Positions 42,000 to 54,385 of a stretch of 64,000 bases of DNA are shown here, one piece after another; the stretch's first letter is position 1, and every line of letters starts with the position of its first letter. This DNA comes from Callorhinchus milii (lineage: Eukaryota). Under the pieces are notes generated by a model. It had not been told where the DNA came from, searched no databases, and was given only the letters and a program-made list of their open reading frames with translations. The stretch lies in contig NW_024704742.1 of assembly GCF_018977255.1 (NCBI RefSeq), forward strand, positions 76,262,001 to 76,326,000. The letters are read 5' to 3'. The position numbers and the translations under genes were made by a program.

Positions 42000-43022
42000 T
42001 ATATCCTCTTTTCTACCATAAACCAACTCCTCGGTCCACCCTCCCATGCCTCTGCCACCTTCTCCTCCAACACTAAATGCGAGAACATGATGAATTTTCT
42101 CAAGTCCAAAGTCGAGGGGCTCCGCTCTGCTGCCTCAAGCCCCCCTACTGGCACCCCGTCCCCACTTCCCGCTCCCCTTCCAGCCCCCCCCATCCCTCTC
42201 TCCACATTTTTGACCCTGTCTCCCCCTCTTCGCTCACCTTCATCATTTTCCCACCATCTGCTAGCTTGACCCCGTCGCTACCCCTGTTCTCACCTCCCAG
42301 CTTCACCTCCTTGCCCCCCAACTAACAGACCCCGTTAACCTCTCCCATCCACTGGCACCGTACCCATCCCCCTAAAGACAGCCGTCATCACCCCACCCTC
42401 AAAATCCTTCCTTTGACCCATCTCTGCTCTCCAAGTATCACCCCATTTCAAACCTTCCTTTTATATCAAAGGTCATGGAACGAGTCTTCGCTTCCCAGCT
42501 TTCCTTTTTCCTCTCCCGCGTTCCCTCCATGAAACCCTCCAATCTGGGTTTTGTGCTGCTCACAGCACAGACAACCCTGGTCAAAGTGACAAATAAAATT
42601 CTGTCCACCAGGGCTCTCCTCGTGTTTCTCAACCTCTCGGAAGCTTTCAATACTGTTGACCGCTCTATTCGTCTCCACAGGCTCTCCTCTCACCTCCACC
42701 TCAATGGTTCGTTTTTTGCCTGGTTCCAATCCTACCTTTCCCACTTCATTCTTACCTTCAAGTCCCTCCACGGTCTTGCTCCCCCCACCTCTCTGACCTC
42801 GTAACCCCATATCAGCCTGCCCGCTCCCTCCGCTCGGCGGACACCGGCCTGCTTCAGGTCTCCTGCACTTCCCACCCCACCATTGTTGGTTGGGCATCCA
42901 GCATCTCTGTCCCCACACTCTGCAACTCTATCCCACAATCCCTCCAGCTCACCCCCTCTCTTGCCTTCTTCAAGTTCCGTCTGAGAACTTCCTCTTCAAC
43001 CTTGCCTTCGGCCACCCTCCCA
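42000..43022 (+). mobile_element. Internally deleted L2 fragment
   Basis: LFSTINQLL, ERVFASQL, LVKVTN and AFNTVD, then WFQSYLS fused directly to ILTFKSLHGLAP. Confidence 0.88.
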
Positions 43023-43811
43023 CGTTATTGGTGACTTATTCTCTCAAATGAGAGAATTCTAAACTACACAATATAATATCTGGCAAGTCGAACCTTGATA
43101 CCTCACTGCAATCAGGATTAGCCAACAATATAAAATGAAAGCAAGTGCCATTTTTTCAGTAAACCCCAAGTCCTTCTGAAAAGCCATACAAAACAATTGT
43201 TTGTAATAATAAGTATTCAGCATTATTGGAAGAAATGTTCTGCTTTAGCTAATTCTACAGCCCACCTTTACCATGCTTGAATAAACAAATGAGTTGTGTT
43301 TTGTTATTTGAGTCTGCAATTGCATTCTAGACGATAGGAAAAACGAGAATGTTTTTAGTTGTGCTCTGACCATCATCACACAAGTTGATGATAATGAATG
43401 GTTAAAAAATTACATTGCAAATGCAAACATATTGCAGCGATAGAGCTTTTTTCTCAATGTAATACTATATCACCATTTTACCAAAAAGCATTGCTATTTG
43501 ACTGAACAATGGTGAAGAAAACCTCTATTTCAACTTTATTTTTTACGATTTTAAAATTAACTTTTAAACAAATATGTTGGTTATTTAACTTGCGCTTGTG
43601 GTTAGAATAACCAAAAAGGAATCATGATTATTCAACTCAATAAAAAAGTTTTTGAATGGTATGTGTATTGTTCTGACTCTGCAGAGAAATGTAAATTGAT
43701 TATTAGGATAAAGGAGTTGGCAAGAGACAATAAGCATTAGGGGTTGAAATTATCCCGGATTGTAATGTTACCAATTTTGCCAGCTGTAGTGTATGCCACC
43801 AATATAGGAGG

Positions 43812-44215
43812 CAGCTTGGCTCAGTTAGTAGCCCTGTCGCCTCCGAGTCAGAAAGTTGTGGATTCAAGCTCTACATTGAACTTTGAACTCACAGTCTCCG
43901 CTGACACTCCCACCATGATGCTGGCAGATCGCTGCATTGTCAGAGGTGCTATCCTTCAGATGAATGAGCCACCTTACATCTGCCTATTAGGGTAGATGTT
44001 TAAAGATTCCAGGTCACTGCTCAAAAAGAGAAGAGTTTTATCCAGTGACCCGACTAACAATCCCCCAGATAAAATTTGTCATTCACTTCTTGGCTGTTTG
44101 TTGGACATTGCTGTGTGGAAATTGGCAGTCACGTTAATCTACAAATACACAGTGAATTCACTCGGTGAAGCAATTTGGACGATACGATAAGGCGCCATAT
44201 CAAATGCAAGGATTA
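43812..44215 (+). mobile_element. Older SacSINE1-like Deu-domain SINE (family B)
   Basis: GGCTCAGTTAGTAGC...GAGTCAGAA head, GCTGACACTCC and GTCAGAGGTGC...CAGATGA, then the Deu core and tail. Related copies lie at about 4270-4500(-), 15620-15990(+), 35385-35780(+), 48155-48475(+), 52195-52440(+) and 58065-58420(-). Confidence 0.75.
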
Positions 44216-44264
44216 TTTATACTTTTTATTTATTTTGTATTCTTAACTTTCTCCTGTTCTTCTA

Positions 44265-44860
44265 TTCCACCCCCCTAAAAACAGCCGTCATCACCCCCAT
44301 CTTGAAAAAACCTTCCCTGGACCCATCCCTCCTCTCGAGCTACCGCCCCATCTCTAACCTCCCATTCCTCTTCAAGGTTCTGGAACGAGTCGTTGCGTCC
44401 CAGCTCCACTCCTTTCTTGCCATTCCCTCTTTTAACCCCTCCAATCCGGCTTCTGCGCTGCCCACAGCACGGAAACAGCCCTGGTCAAAGTCACCAATGA
44501 CATTCTGAACATCTGTGATCAGGGCTCCCTCTGCCTCTTTGTCCTCCTCGAGCTCTCTGCTGCCTTTGACACTGTCGACCACTCCATCCTCATACACTGC
44601 CTCTACTCAATCTTCGCGGACCTGCCCTTGTCTGGTTCAATTCCTATCTCTCTACGTTGTGGCCACCCCCCTTCCCCTCCCCTCCCTTCTCCCCCTGACC
44701 CCAGCTTGGGTCTGAAATGTTGTACACTGTCCAGCGCCTTGGGACGTCCTCCCAACATGAAAGGCGCTATACAAATGTAATCTTGTTGTTGTTGTCCAGC
44801 ACCTTGGGACATCCTCCCGACATGAAAGGCATGAAATGTAATTTTGTTGATGTTGTTGCT
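44265..44860 (+). mobile_element. Internally deleted L2 with two tandem 3' tails
   Basis: [22 protein letters not shown], followed by two consecutive copies of CAGCGCCTTGGGAC...GAAAGGC...(GTT)n at about 44728-44860. Confidence 0.85.
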
Positions 44861-45283
44861 TGGGCATGGGTAGTTAGATGTTGTGTCAGAGAGCCAATGA
44901 AGAAGAAGAACAAAAAAATTATATTTGTAAAGTGCCTTTCACATTGGGCGTATGTCCCAAGGCGCTAAAGGAATAGATGTCAGTCTTTAAGCCTCACGGA
45001 GGATGTCTCAATCCTTTTCAGGTGTGCTCTGGGTCGCTTCCCTGTGTGGAGGGCGCTATATAAATGCAAATTGTTGTTGTTCTTGTGTTGATGATAAACT
45101 CAGCAATCTTTCAAACTAATAGTGGGTGGAGAAGAAGTCATGTCCAACTAATCCTCTGAGTGAGGCTATCAATTTACCTTTAGGATAAGACATAGATGTT
45201 TCACAGTTACCAAACATCTGTTACTTATCTGGGCATTGAAGAACACATGGATTTGATATACTGGGGGAATTAATACTACGAAG

Positions 45284-45602
45284 AATAACCCTTGCATTTG
45301 CTATAGCCCTTTATTACGCCGTTGAGATGTTTCAAAGCACTTCACTGGAAAGTGAAATGACTGCATATTTTCTAGGCGAAATCTGCACAACAGTGTCCCA
45401 CAAAGTGTTGTGGAATGAATGACCAAATTATTGTTTATTATTTATTTATGTATTTATTTTGAAGGGATTATTATCTCCTGAAATCAACTTAATGCTGGTA
45501 AACAGGTGTGCGGAGTAAGGAAACTTCCCTAAGGTTTCGTTCTGCCTGGGAACTGAGTTCACTTGCAAGGTGAATCTTCTAACCAATACACTACAGGACT
45601 CC
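45284..45602 (-). mobile_element. Family A SINE
   Basis: Tail, Deu-like core, GGAGTAAGGAAAC and head motifs. Confidence 0.8.
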
Positions 45603-47254
45603 ACTAAATTTAAAAATCAGTTGCGAAATGGCCTGACAGCTCGGTGCGCTCAGCCACAGGGTGGTGCCCTTGAGGCTAATAGCGCCTTTGCGGCCTTCTC
45701 TGAGGCGGTTTCTGTGAGGGGGTGGTTGTGAATAATAAGCATTTAAGGTGATGCATCAGTGAAAGTTATGGACCATTCTTTTCTTTAAAAAAACGTGTTG
45801 AGTGACATGGGAATAGGTCAGGGCATATAAGAAAGAAACCAAAGAAATCAAGTTTCCAAGAAAGAGAAAATCTGAAATGGTAGACTGCCATCTGAGATTC
45901 ATTTTAGAATTAAGATTACTAAAGCTGATCAGCCCTTCAATGAACAGGAGTGTTCAACCAGCAGGCTGCTATTGGAACAATCCCCGATTTGCTCCAATTA
46001 AACATTCTCCATTCATATAACTGTGCCATTTGGTTATTATGTTCAATATTGATATGAATCAAATATTTAACCAGTGGATAATACATCTAATCAATAATAA
46101 TCCTAGCATTTGATGTAACACCTTATAAGGGCTGAAAGCTGCGCTTGTTGGATGTCAAATAACTAACTTGTGACTATCCTCTTTAGGGGAAGGTAAGATG
46201 GCTCCAAGGTGACATGTTTGACAACGTAATGTCGGAATTGAGTCAATCCTCTGTGGTGGTTTTAGTTGTCCAGTTCCTGAGCCAGGGCACTGCTGATGAA
46301 AGATCAGTGAACCTGGCTCATTGGCAGGACTTGGGAGCAGGGATACTTAATATATGGAGACCTGTGAAGACAACCCAGCCTCTAGACTCTGCAACAAGCC
46401 AGGTTGAAAAGGCAGTATGTTGTGGTGCCTGGGCCCCACATTTTAAAATGTACTGATTGATGAGAACATAAATTGAGGACGATCACCAAGTGTTGTAATG
46501 AATTCAGAAAGCTTTGTCACAAATGGCACTTGAAGCTTTTTTTAATAATAGCTTTTAACAGAAATTGGATAAACAACTGAGAAAAAAAAGATTGTTTTTG
46601 ATCAGCTGGGTGTCTGACACGTACAGAAACCCATCAACATGCTTGAGAGTATTGAAACCAGACTTAGCAATCCACATATGTATACCACCTTCACATGGAA
46701 ATGTCCCGGTGTCTGGAGTAGAATGTGCACTCTCTCCTTGGAGGGACTTGGATTGGCAAGAGCCAAGGTTTGGGGAGCCCCAAATTGCGTTATTGCTGGG
46801 GTTTAACCAGCTAAAACCGCAAAGCTTGCCATTGAGAGCACTGTCTGGAACTAGAACCACTCTGCTCCTCAGTGCTTTGGTTTGCAGGGTTAAGAGGAGC
46901 TCAGTGAGAAGAAACACTGCTCCAAATGACTGATTTGCCCAAATCCTTGGTTAAAGGGTATGCAAAATAGCAGGGAAGAGGATTAGAGTAGATACCTCCA
47001 GTAAGGAAGCCAGCAGCAGCACAGCCACAGGACTCCTGTTCTTTAAATAATTTATGACTCTCAGCATTGGCTCCAACTGAAGCTGTGAATAATTTTTTAG
47101 AGCCAATCTGACAAGAAAGAGCTTGCATTATGATGGAACCTTGTTTCTTCAAAATATCGCAAAGCTCTTCGGAAGTAATTGCTGTCAAGTGTAGAGATTT
47201 TGGAGACAACTCGTTACTGGTTTTATGGTATCATTTTCTTTGCCTCTCAGTTAC

Positions 47255-47512
47255 AAATGTGGTGGGCGAAACTCAGTAGCCAATTGCCCACAACAGTGTT
47301 CCACAAACATTTGTGGATGGAGTGATCATTTTTTTTTTGAGGGATTATTACCCCCAGAAAGTGATCCGCCAATCGACTAACAACTGGGTTCCTACTTGCT
47401 GCTGGGTAAAGAGAGGCATGTGGAATAAGGAAACTTGCCTAAGGTTACGCCCTGCCGGGGCTTCTCATTTGTGAGGCAAGCGTGCTATCCAGCACACACT
47501 ACAGGACTCCAC
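47255..47512 (-). mobile_element. Family A SINE lacking its 3' tail
   Basis: Core and head motifs. Confidence 0.8.
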
Positions 47513-50500
47513 TCTATACACCATTATAATCCTGGACAGGCTAAGAGAGGCTTGTCACAGCCACCTGGCTGTCTGAGGGACAAAGCAGAGAAAGGCAATT
47601 CTAAAAAGGTGCGTAATGGGAGTGATGTGGAGTACATTGACCACATTGTTCATGTATCACTCGAGTGAGATCACTCGCTTTCAGTTTGTGATTTGGAAAA
47701 ACGATGAGTAACATAGAACGATGGGACAGAATGATGGGGGAAAAAATCTACTTATTAGGTGGAATCCCACCTTGTCTCGAGTTGCCCTGTGTGATGGGCG
47801 TTATATAAATGCAACTTGTTGTTGTTGAGTTTTCCCCTATTTTAGCAGAGGCCAATCTGGCTTGAGCAACTGGAACACATGATTCAGTGATCTACAGCCA
47901 TCAAAACACTTGCTCCCAAACCAGCAAATATGTTTCTTGATACCAGCTATTATTCATACTGTAATGAAACAGTTACCTTGATGACTCAATGAGTTTAACC
48001 AGTAAATAGATGAACCATACAGATTGTCTTACCAGCCTGGCAGTGTGGGAAATGCTGAGACCACTTCTTGGATCCATGGACAAAGCTCCCTTAATTAAAG
48101 TTAAAAAGGGTATTTGTTTTTCCACTTTGATGCTTTTTGTAGTAATTGTGTGTCAGGCTGGCTCAAATGGTAGCACCCTTGCCTCTATGTGAAATAGTTC
48201 TGGTCTTAAGACCCATGTTGGGACTTTGAATTCACAGTGTAGGCTAACACTCTAATACAGTGTTCTTTGTTCTTGACTACTGTCCTTCAGATACCAAGGT
48301 CAAAAGATGGATGTTAAAGATCTCCCTGATAAAATTGGTCATTCATTTCATGGCAGTTTGTGGAATATTGCAAATTGGGTGCTATGTTTGACTACAAAAA
48401 AATACACATTTATTGCACTTTACAGTTAATCCTATGAAACACTAATACCAAATGTAAGGATTATTATTTTATTATTATGGTTAAGACCAGGGCTCTGCTT
48501 GACTTTGTGATGGGAGGACAGTAGGGCAGGTATTGTGAAAGGATGAGACCAAATGGGCTGAATGGCCTTCTTCATCCAAACCTCTCTTGTGATCTTGTGG
48601 CACAACGTTGCTTCCCTCGGGTTTCCTGGTAAAGGTGGCACAAATGAATTATGTGCGATTCATTTTCTCAGCAGCAAGACTTCTACAGTAAATATTGTTT
48701 CACCCCCAAAATATACCGTCAATTCACTTTACAGTACATTCTGTGAAGCATTTTGAGATGTCTCGAAGACGTGATAAGGCACTATATCAAAAACAAGGAT
48801 TATTATTACTGGCATAAATTCAGCATTCAAATTACTGAATAGCCCAGGAATGGAGATCTGGTTACAGGTCTTGGTATGGCTTGAAGGAACAGTTTCACAA
48901 GGACCTTTAATTAACCATAATTGTTAGGGATTGTGACACAGTCACCTCACTGGACTGAAAACTTATTTTGACAGCCGAGAAAGGCTTTCCACTTAATAGG
49001 TAATGGTTGGCGCACCAGACATGATATTAAGCTAGAATGTTGACATCCATTACTGGGGAATGCCTTCATTTGCTGCCTCAGTGCACAAGCTTAAGGATAA
49101 AGAAGGCTGTGGTTATATATTAAGACACAGTGGACTCATTTGTTGTATTTTTCTATGGAATTCCTTGATAAACAATCCCATTAAAATTCCTGTGAGAATT
49201 TTATTCTGGAATTAAATCTCGTCAGGAGTTAGGAGGGAGGAGTCCCCATTTACACAATTTGGATCATTAAGATATCCTGTTGGAAAATCCTGCAAATTGA
49301 TAATAATTCTTGCATTTTATATAGCGCTTTATCATGTCATTGAGACGTCTCAAAGAACTCTGCAGGATATACTGTAAATCGGAGTAACTGAATGTATTTT
49401 GTGGGTGAAATTAGATTCCGATATGCACAATTTAGGGAGTTGCACCAGGTCTTAACCAAAACATCCAGGTGACTATACAGAGGTTGGCATATTGTTGGAG
49501 TATTTCAGTTTTCATTGACCGTCAATAATAAATGACTGTAGATTAATAATTCTGTCAGACTCTAAAGCATTATGAGAACACACAAACCATCCAGAGCTGA
49601 AATAATCAAAGGGGCAAGTTTCCAAAGAAGGCATTCAGAATTCAAATTCAGACATTCATGTGTATCAGTTCTGTAGTGTCTAGAGTTGCAGTTTGCAGAT
49701 CAGGAGCATGCTAGTTTGAATCCTTGGGTTCCTAAGAATCCTGTACCCTACCAACTCACCACTCCCTCAAATCAGCAGACACTGGGTTGCTTCATTTCCC
49801 CTGCCCTGCCTGGTCCACAATGGCCTTTCTGGAATTCCATCCCTTCACCTTGCCTCTTCCCTTGCCTTATTCAAGGTTGGTCTCAAGAGTCTTCTTTTCG
49901 GCTGTACTTTCGGTCATCTTCCCTCTCTCCACATCCCCTTTAGCCTCCACTCCTCCCAAATCCAATCCCCAGCTTGGGGGCAAATCCTTGACTATTGAGT
50001 AGCTTCAGAAGTCCTCCTGATGTGTGTTTGTAGGTGTGGGGTTAGAAAAAGAAATCAGATTGAGCAGATGAACAGAGGCCTTGGTAAATTTTAGACCATT
50101 AAAAGCATGGAATGTGAAACACAATTTGGTCTGTTGAACCCACTCCTTCCATAGATTATGCAAAACCTAGTGCGTCCTGGTCTCCACCCTACTTATTAAA
50201 TGATTTTAGGATACCCAGAAGATGCGGAAAAGGGGAGAAGATATAAGGTTATTAGAATTTCCTTATTTAGCAAAGGGAGATGTTTAAGTTAGCAAAAAAT
50301 GATATGAGAGGTCAATCCCTCAGCCTCACCCATGTTCTTTATCTATCTTTGAATTCCATCTTAAGACCTACCTGTTCAATGGTCACCTACCCCTCCCCTT
50401 TTTGCCATGCTTGGTGTCCGACCCTTCAACTGTATAGAGTACAGAGACTCTATCCTGTGGAAGGGGTACTACATAAATGCAAGTTGTTGTTATCACTAGG

Positions 50501-51729
50501 CTCTCCCAGAGAATCAAAATCTAAATGGTGTAGGCTGTCAGAGAAAGGGGAACATGGGGAGGATCACTGCAGTCATAGCCATAGCCTCAAAAATTTTGCT
50601 TCTTATCCACATATATCTTCAAATTAGCAGGTTGCTCATCTCATTGTTCTTCATATGGCATTGCTGTTGTATTTTTCCAATAAAGCAATATTCACTTTAA
50701 CCTCTAATTCATTTTATTTCATCAAGTGCTTTGAGACAGTTTGCATGAAGGACACTGTATAAATGCAGTATAAAACTAGTATAAAAGTTACTATTATTAT
50801 AGGATGTCAAAAGTACCCAACGTTATCCTTTGGTCATGACAAGTGGCAGAGCTCACTACCATTGCAGATTGATTCATTACTTCAGATCATCTTCCTTTAT
50901 GTCGAATTATAGAACATTGATAGCAGGAAAGGAGACCATTTGGCCCATTGTGTCTATGCTGTACTTGCCCCCCCAATGAGATCAAAGAAAATTTACTGCA
51001 CAGAAGCTGTCTTTTCAAGGCTAAAGCATCCAAGCTTTTTTAACCATTCTTTATAGCTCATCTATCTAATGCTCCATCAAAGCCTCTTTGCTTTCCTCTA
51101 CACAGCCTTTAGAGCCTGGGCAGCCAGAGAAAACCCCAAAGACAATCTGTTATTTGGGGAAACGTAAGGACACTATTAAGATAGTTAATAGCATGGTGTA
51201 ATGGGCCAAGCCTACTCACACGTGATGTGTTTCAATCTGCAAATTAAGAAATACAAGTTTGAAAGGCCGCCCAGAGATGCTGGTATAGGTGTGGCTAGAT
51301 TCAATTCTTTAAAGGTTAAGCAAAACATGTCTAACTGTGTGTCCGTTGTCTTAGCCACATACACACAAGATATGTGAATGATATTTTTGGAAACCGAATC
51401 AGTTTAATGGTATTTAAATGTAATAATTATAACATTCCTTGCATTTGATTTAGAGCCTTTCACATTGAAATATCTCAAACACCTTTATAGATGAATGTGG
51501 CATTAATGTGGTGTATAATACAAAAGGATAGATTTTTTTGTGATTCTATGAAATAGTGAAGAAAGGAATAGAAGGATATGGGAGGGACTAACGAGTGTTG
51601 GGAGATTCGTACGGAGGATAAACACCAGCATGGAGTAGTTGGGCCGACTGGCCTGTTTCTGTTCTGTATAATCTATGTAGTTGCCTCTGATGGGAAGATC
51701 TGTTTTTTATCAACAACAAAAAAAAAGGA

Positions 51730-52175
51730 GTGGGACACTGCTGTGCGCAATTGGCTGCCATGTTTCGTCCACAAAATATAGAGCCAATTCACTTTATAGT
51801 ATATTCGGTGAAACGCTTTGAGATTGTGCTCAGTAAAACACTTTGCAAATTTACTTTCATCCAAGTCTGCGGAATGTGTTTGACTTCTCCCTTCTGTCGA
51901 TACTTGTTGGTTACGTGTATTTATACACCTGTTGAAGTGATGCATCTGGAATACCACAATCAACGTCATTTCACTTGGTGCACCAACAGAAACCTCTGAG
52001 TATTTAATAACCTGTTTAAAATTGACAAATTGATTGCCTAGAATTTGTTATCACCACTTATTGTACAGCACGCGTTAAAGTAGAATTATGGAAAAGTATC
52101 TTAAGCACATTTTGCACACCTCGAAGATGTGATAAGGCGCTATATCAAATGCAAGGATTATTATATTATTATTAT
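51730..52175 (+). mobile_element. 3' half of a family A SINE, interrupted by a 293-bp insert copied from the EPGN 5' region
   Basis: The SINE runs to ...CGCTTTGAGAT (51824) and resumes at CTCGAAGATGTGATAAGGCGCTATATC (about 52120). Confidence 0.88.
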
Positions 52176-52530
52176 AACAAAACGTTTATATCCAGCCTTC
52201 ACGTGAGATATAAACTGAGGTCCCACCTGCCGGTGAGGTGATGTTAAACATCCCATGGCATTATTTGAGAAGCATAAGAGAAGAGAGTTTCTCATGATGT
52301 CCTAGCCAACATTTCCCAGATTCATTTGCTGTTAATTTCTTGGGACCTTGCTGAGTACAAATTGGCTGCTATGTTTCCATACAAATTCCTAGTCACTAAA
52401 CTTGACAACAATTTCCTGTGAAGCAATTTGAGATGTTTTGCTGTCACAGATACTACATCAGATGACTTTATGCATGTTCATGCTACAACCCAGTGGATTT
52501 AATGGGATGAAAATGGGGTCACTAATGACT

Positions 52531-54385
52531 ACAACAACAACAAGATTCCATTTATAAAGCGCCTTTCACGTCAGGAGGACGTCCCAAGGCGCTGCACAGT
52601 TGGGTCATGACCCGAGCAGGGGGGAAATGGTCAGGGTGAGGGGAAGGGAGGGAGCAGGAGGGGGGAAATGGTCAGGGTGAGGGGAGGGAAGGGAGGGAGC
52701 GAGGAGGGGGAAGAGAGTCGAGAGGGGAGCTGAAGGCACGGTCAAAGAGAAAGGTTTTGAGACCGGCCTTGAAGGAGGAAAGGGAGGAAGCGGCGAAGGC
52801 ACTGGGGGATGGAGTTCCAGAGCCTGGGGCTGAGAGGCTGAAGGCCCGACCACCGATGGTAGGGCGGTTGGGGCGGGGGACGTGGAGCAGACCGGAGCCA
52901 GAGGAACGGAGGGTACGGGCAGGTAGGTAGGGGGATAGTAGGTTGGAGAGGTAGGAGGGAGCAAGGCCGTGAATGGCCTTGTAGGTGAGGATGAGGATCT
53001 TGAAATCAATCCTCTGGGGGATGGGGAGCCAGTGGAGGCGAGCGAGGGTGGGAGTGATGTGGTCCCGAAGCCTGGTGCGGGACAGTACACGAGCTGCAGA
53101 GTTCTGAATGACCTGCAGCTTGTGGAGGGAGGTGGCGGGAAGGCCGGCGAGGAGAGAGTTCCCATAGTCCAGCCTTGAGGTGACAAAGGCGTGAACCAGG
53201 GTTTCAGCAGCGTGAGGGGTGAGGTAGTGCCGTAGTCTGGCGATGTTCCGGAGGTGATGGAAGGCGGTGCCAGTTGTGGTGCGGATGTGAGGGAGAAAGG
53301 ACAGCTCAGGGTCGAACAAAACGCCGAGGTTCCTGACTGGCTTTGAGAGGTGGAGAGTGCAGCCTTGGATGCTGATGGTGTCAGCGCCTGAGGTGCGGAG
53401 GCGCTGACGTGAGCCAATCAGGAGGGCCTCGGTTTTTCGCACGTTGAGCTGAAGAAAGTTGTCTCTCGTCCAGGACTCGATGTCGGACAGGCAGCTGTCA
53501 GGACATCGGTGGTCGTGGAGTTGAGAGTAGAGGAGGAAAGGTAGAGTTGGGTGTCATCCGCATACATGTGGAAGTTAACTCCATGTCTGCGGATGATGTC
53601 ACCACAGGGGGAGCATATAGAGGGTGAAGAGGAGGGGACCGAGGACAGAGCCCTGAGGGACACCACATGAGACAGTGCGGGGGGTGGAGGAGAAGCCATT
53701 CGTCGAGACGAAGTGAAGACGGTGAGAAAGGTACGACCTAAACCATTCAAGGACAGTGCCTTGAAGGTTGAGGTGGGAGGACAAGCGGTGGAGTAGGATA
53801 GCGTGGTCGACCGTATCGAATGCTGCCGATAGGTCGAGGAGGACGAGGAGACAGAGGGAGCCCTGGTCACAGATGGTCAGGATATCATTGGTGACCTTGA
53901 CCAGGGCAGTTTCTGTGCTATGGGCAGCACGGAAACCTGACTGAAGGGGTTCGAAAAGAGAATGGGTGGAAAGGAAAGAGCGCAGTTGGGAGGCGACAAC
54001 TCTTTCCAAGACCTTGGAGAGAAAGGGGAGGTTGGAGATGGGCCGGTAGCTTGATAGCTGCGACGCATCAAGGGAGGGTTTTTTCAGGGTGGGCGTGATG
54101 ATGGCAGTTTTTAATGGAATGGGGACAGAGCCAGAGGAGAGGGACAGGTTGATGATGTCAGTGATATGTGGGGCAAGAAAGTGGAGCTGGGAGATAAGGA
54201 GTGGAGTGGGGATGGGGTCAAGGGAGCAGGTGGTTGGTTTTAGGGATAGGATGAGTTCAGTGACAGAGGGTGGGGAAACGGGTACGAAGGTGTGTAGGGG
54301 AGGATGGGTAGGAGTCGGAGTGTGGGAGGGAAGGGGTGGGTGGTGGGTGGAAGTTGGAGGGGAAGTGACCGCGGAGCGGATTCCC
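52531..54385 (-). mobile_element. 5'-truncated L2 LINE covering most of the RT domain
   Basis: [50 protein letters not shown] and YADD motifs with few frameshifts. A roughly 40-bp G-rich tandem duplication lies in the 3' UTR (about 52620-52705). Confidence 0.95.

Noticed and set aside
41319..43650. MTHFD2L polyadenylation site
   Set aside because: Only variant AGTAAA hexamers lie near the stop, and AATAAA appears further on (about 42591 in L2, 43280 and 43640). The site cannot be chosen from sequence alone.
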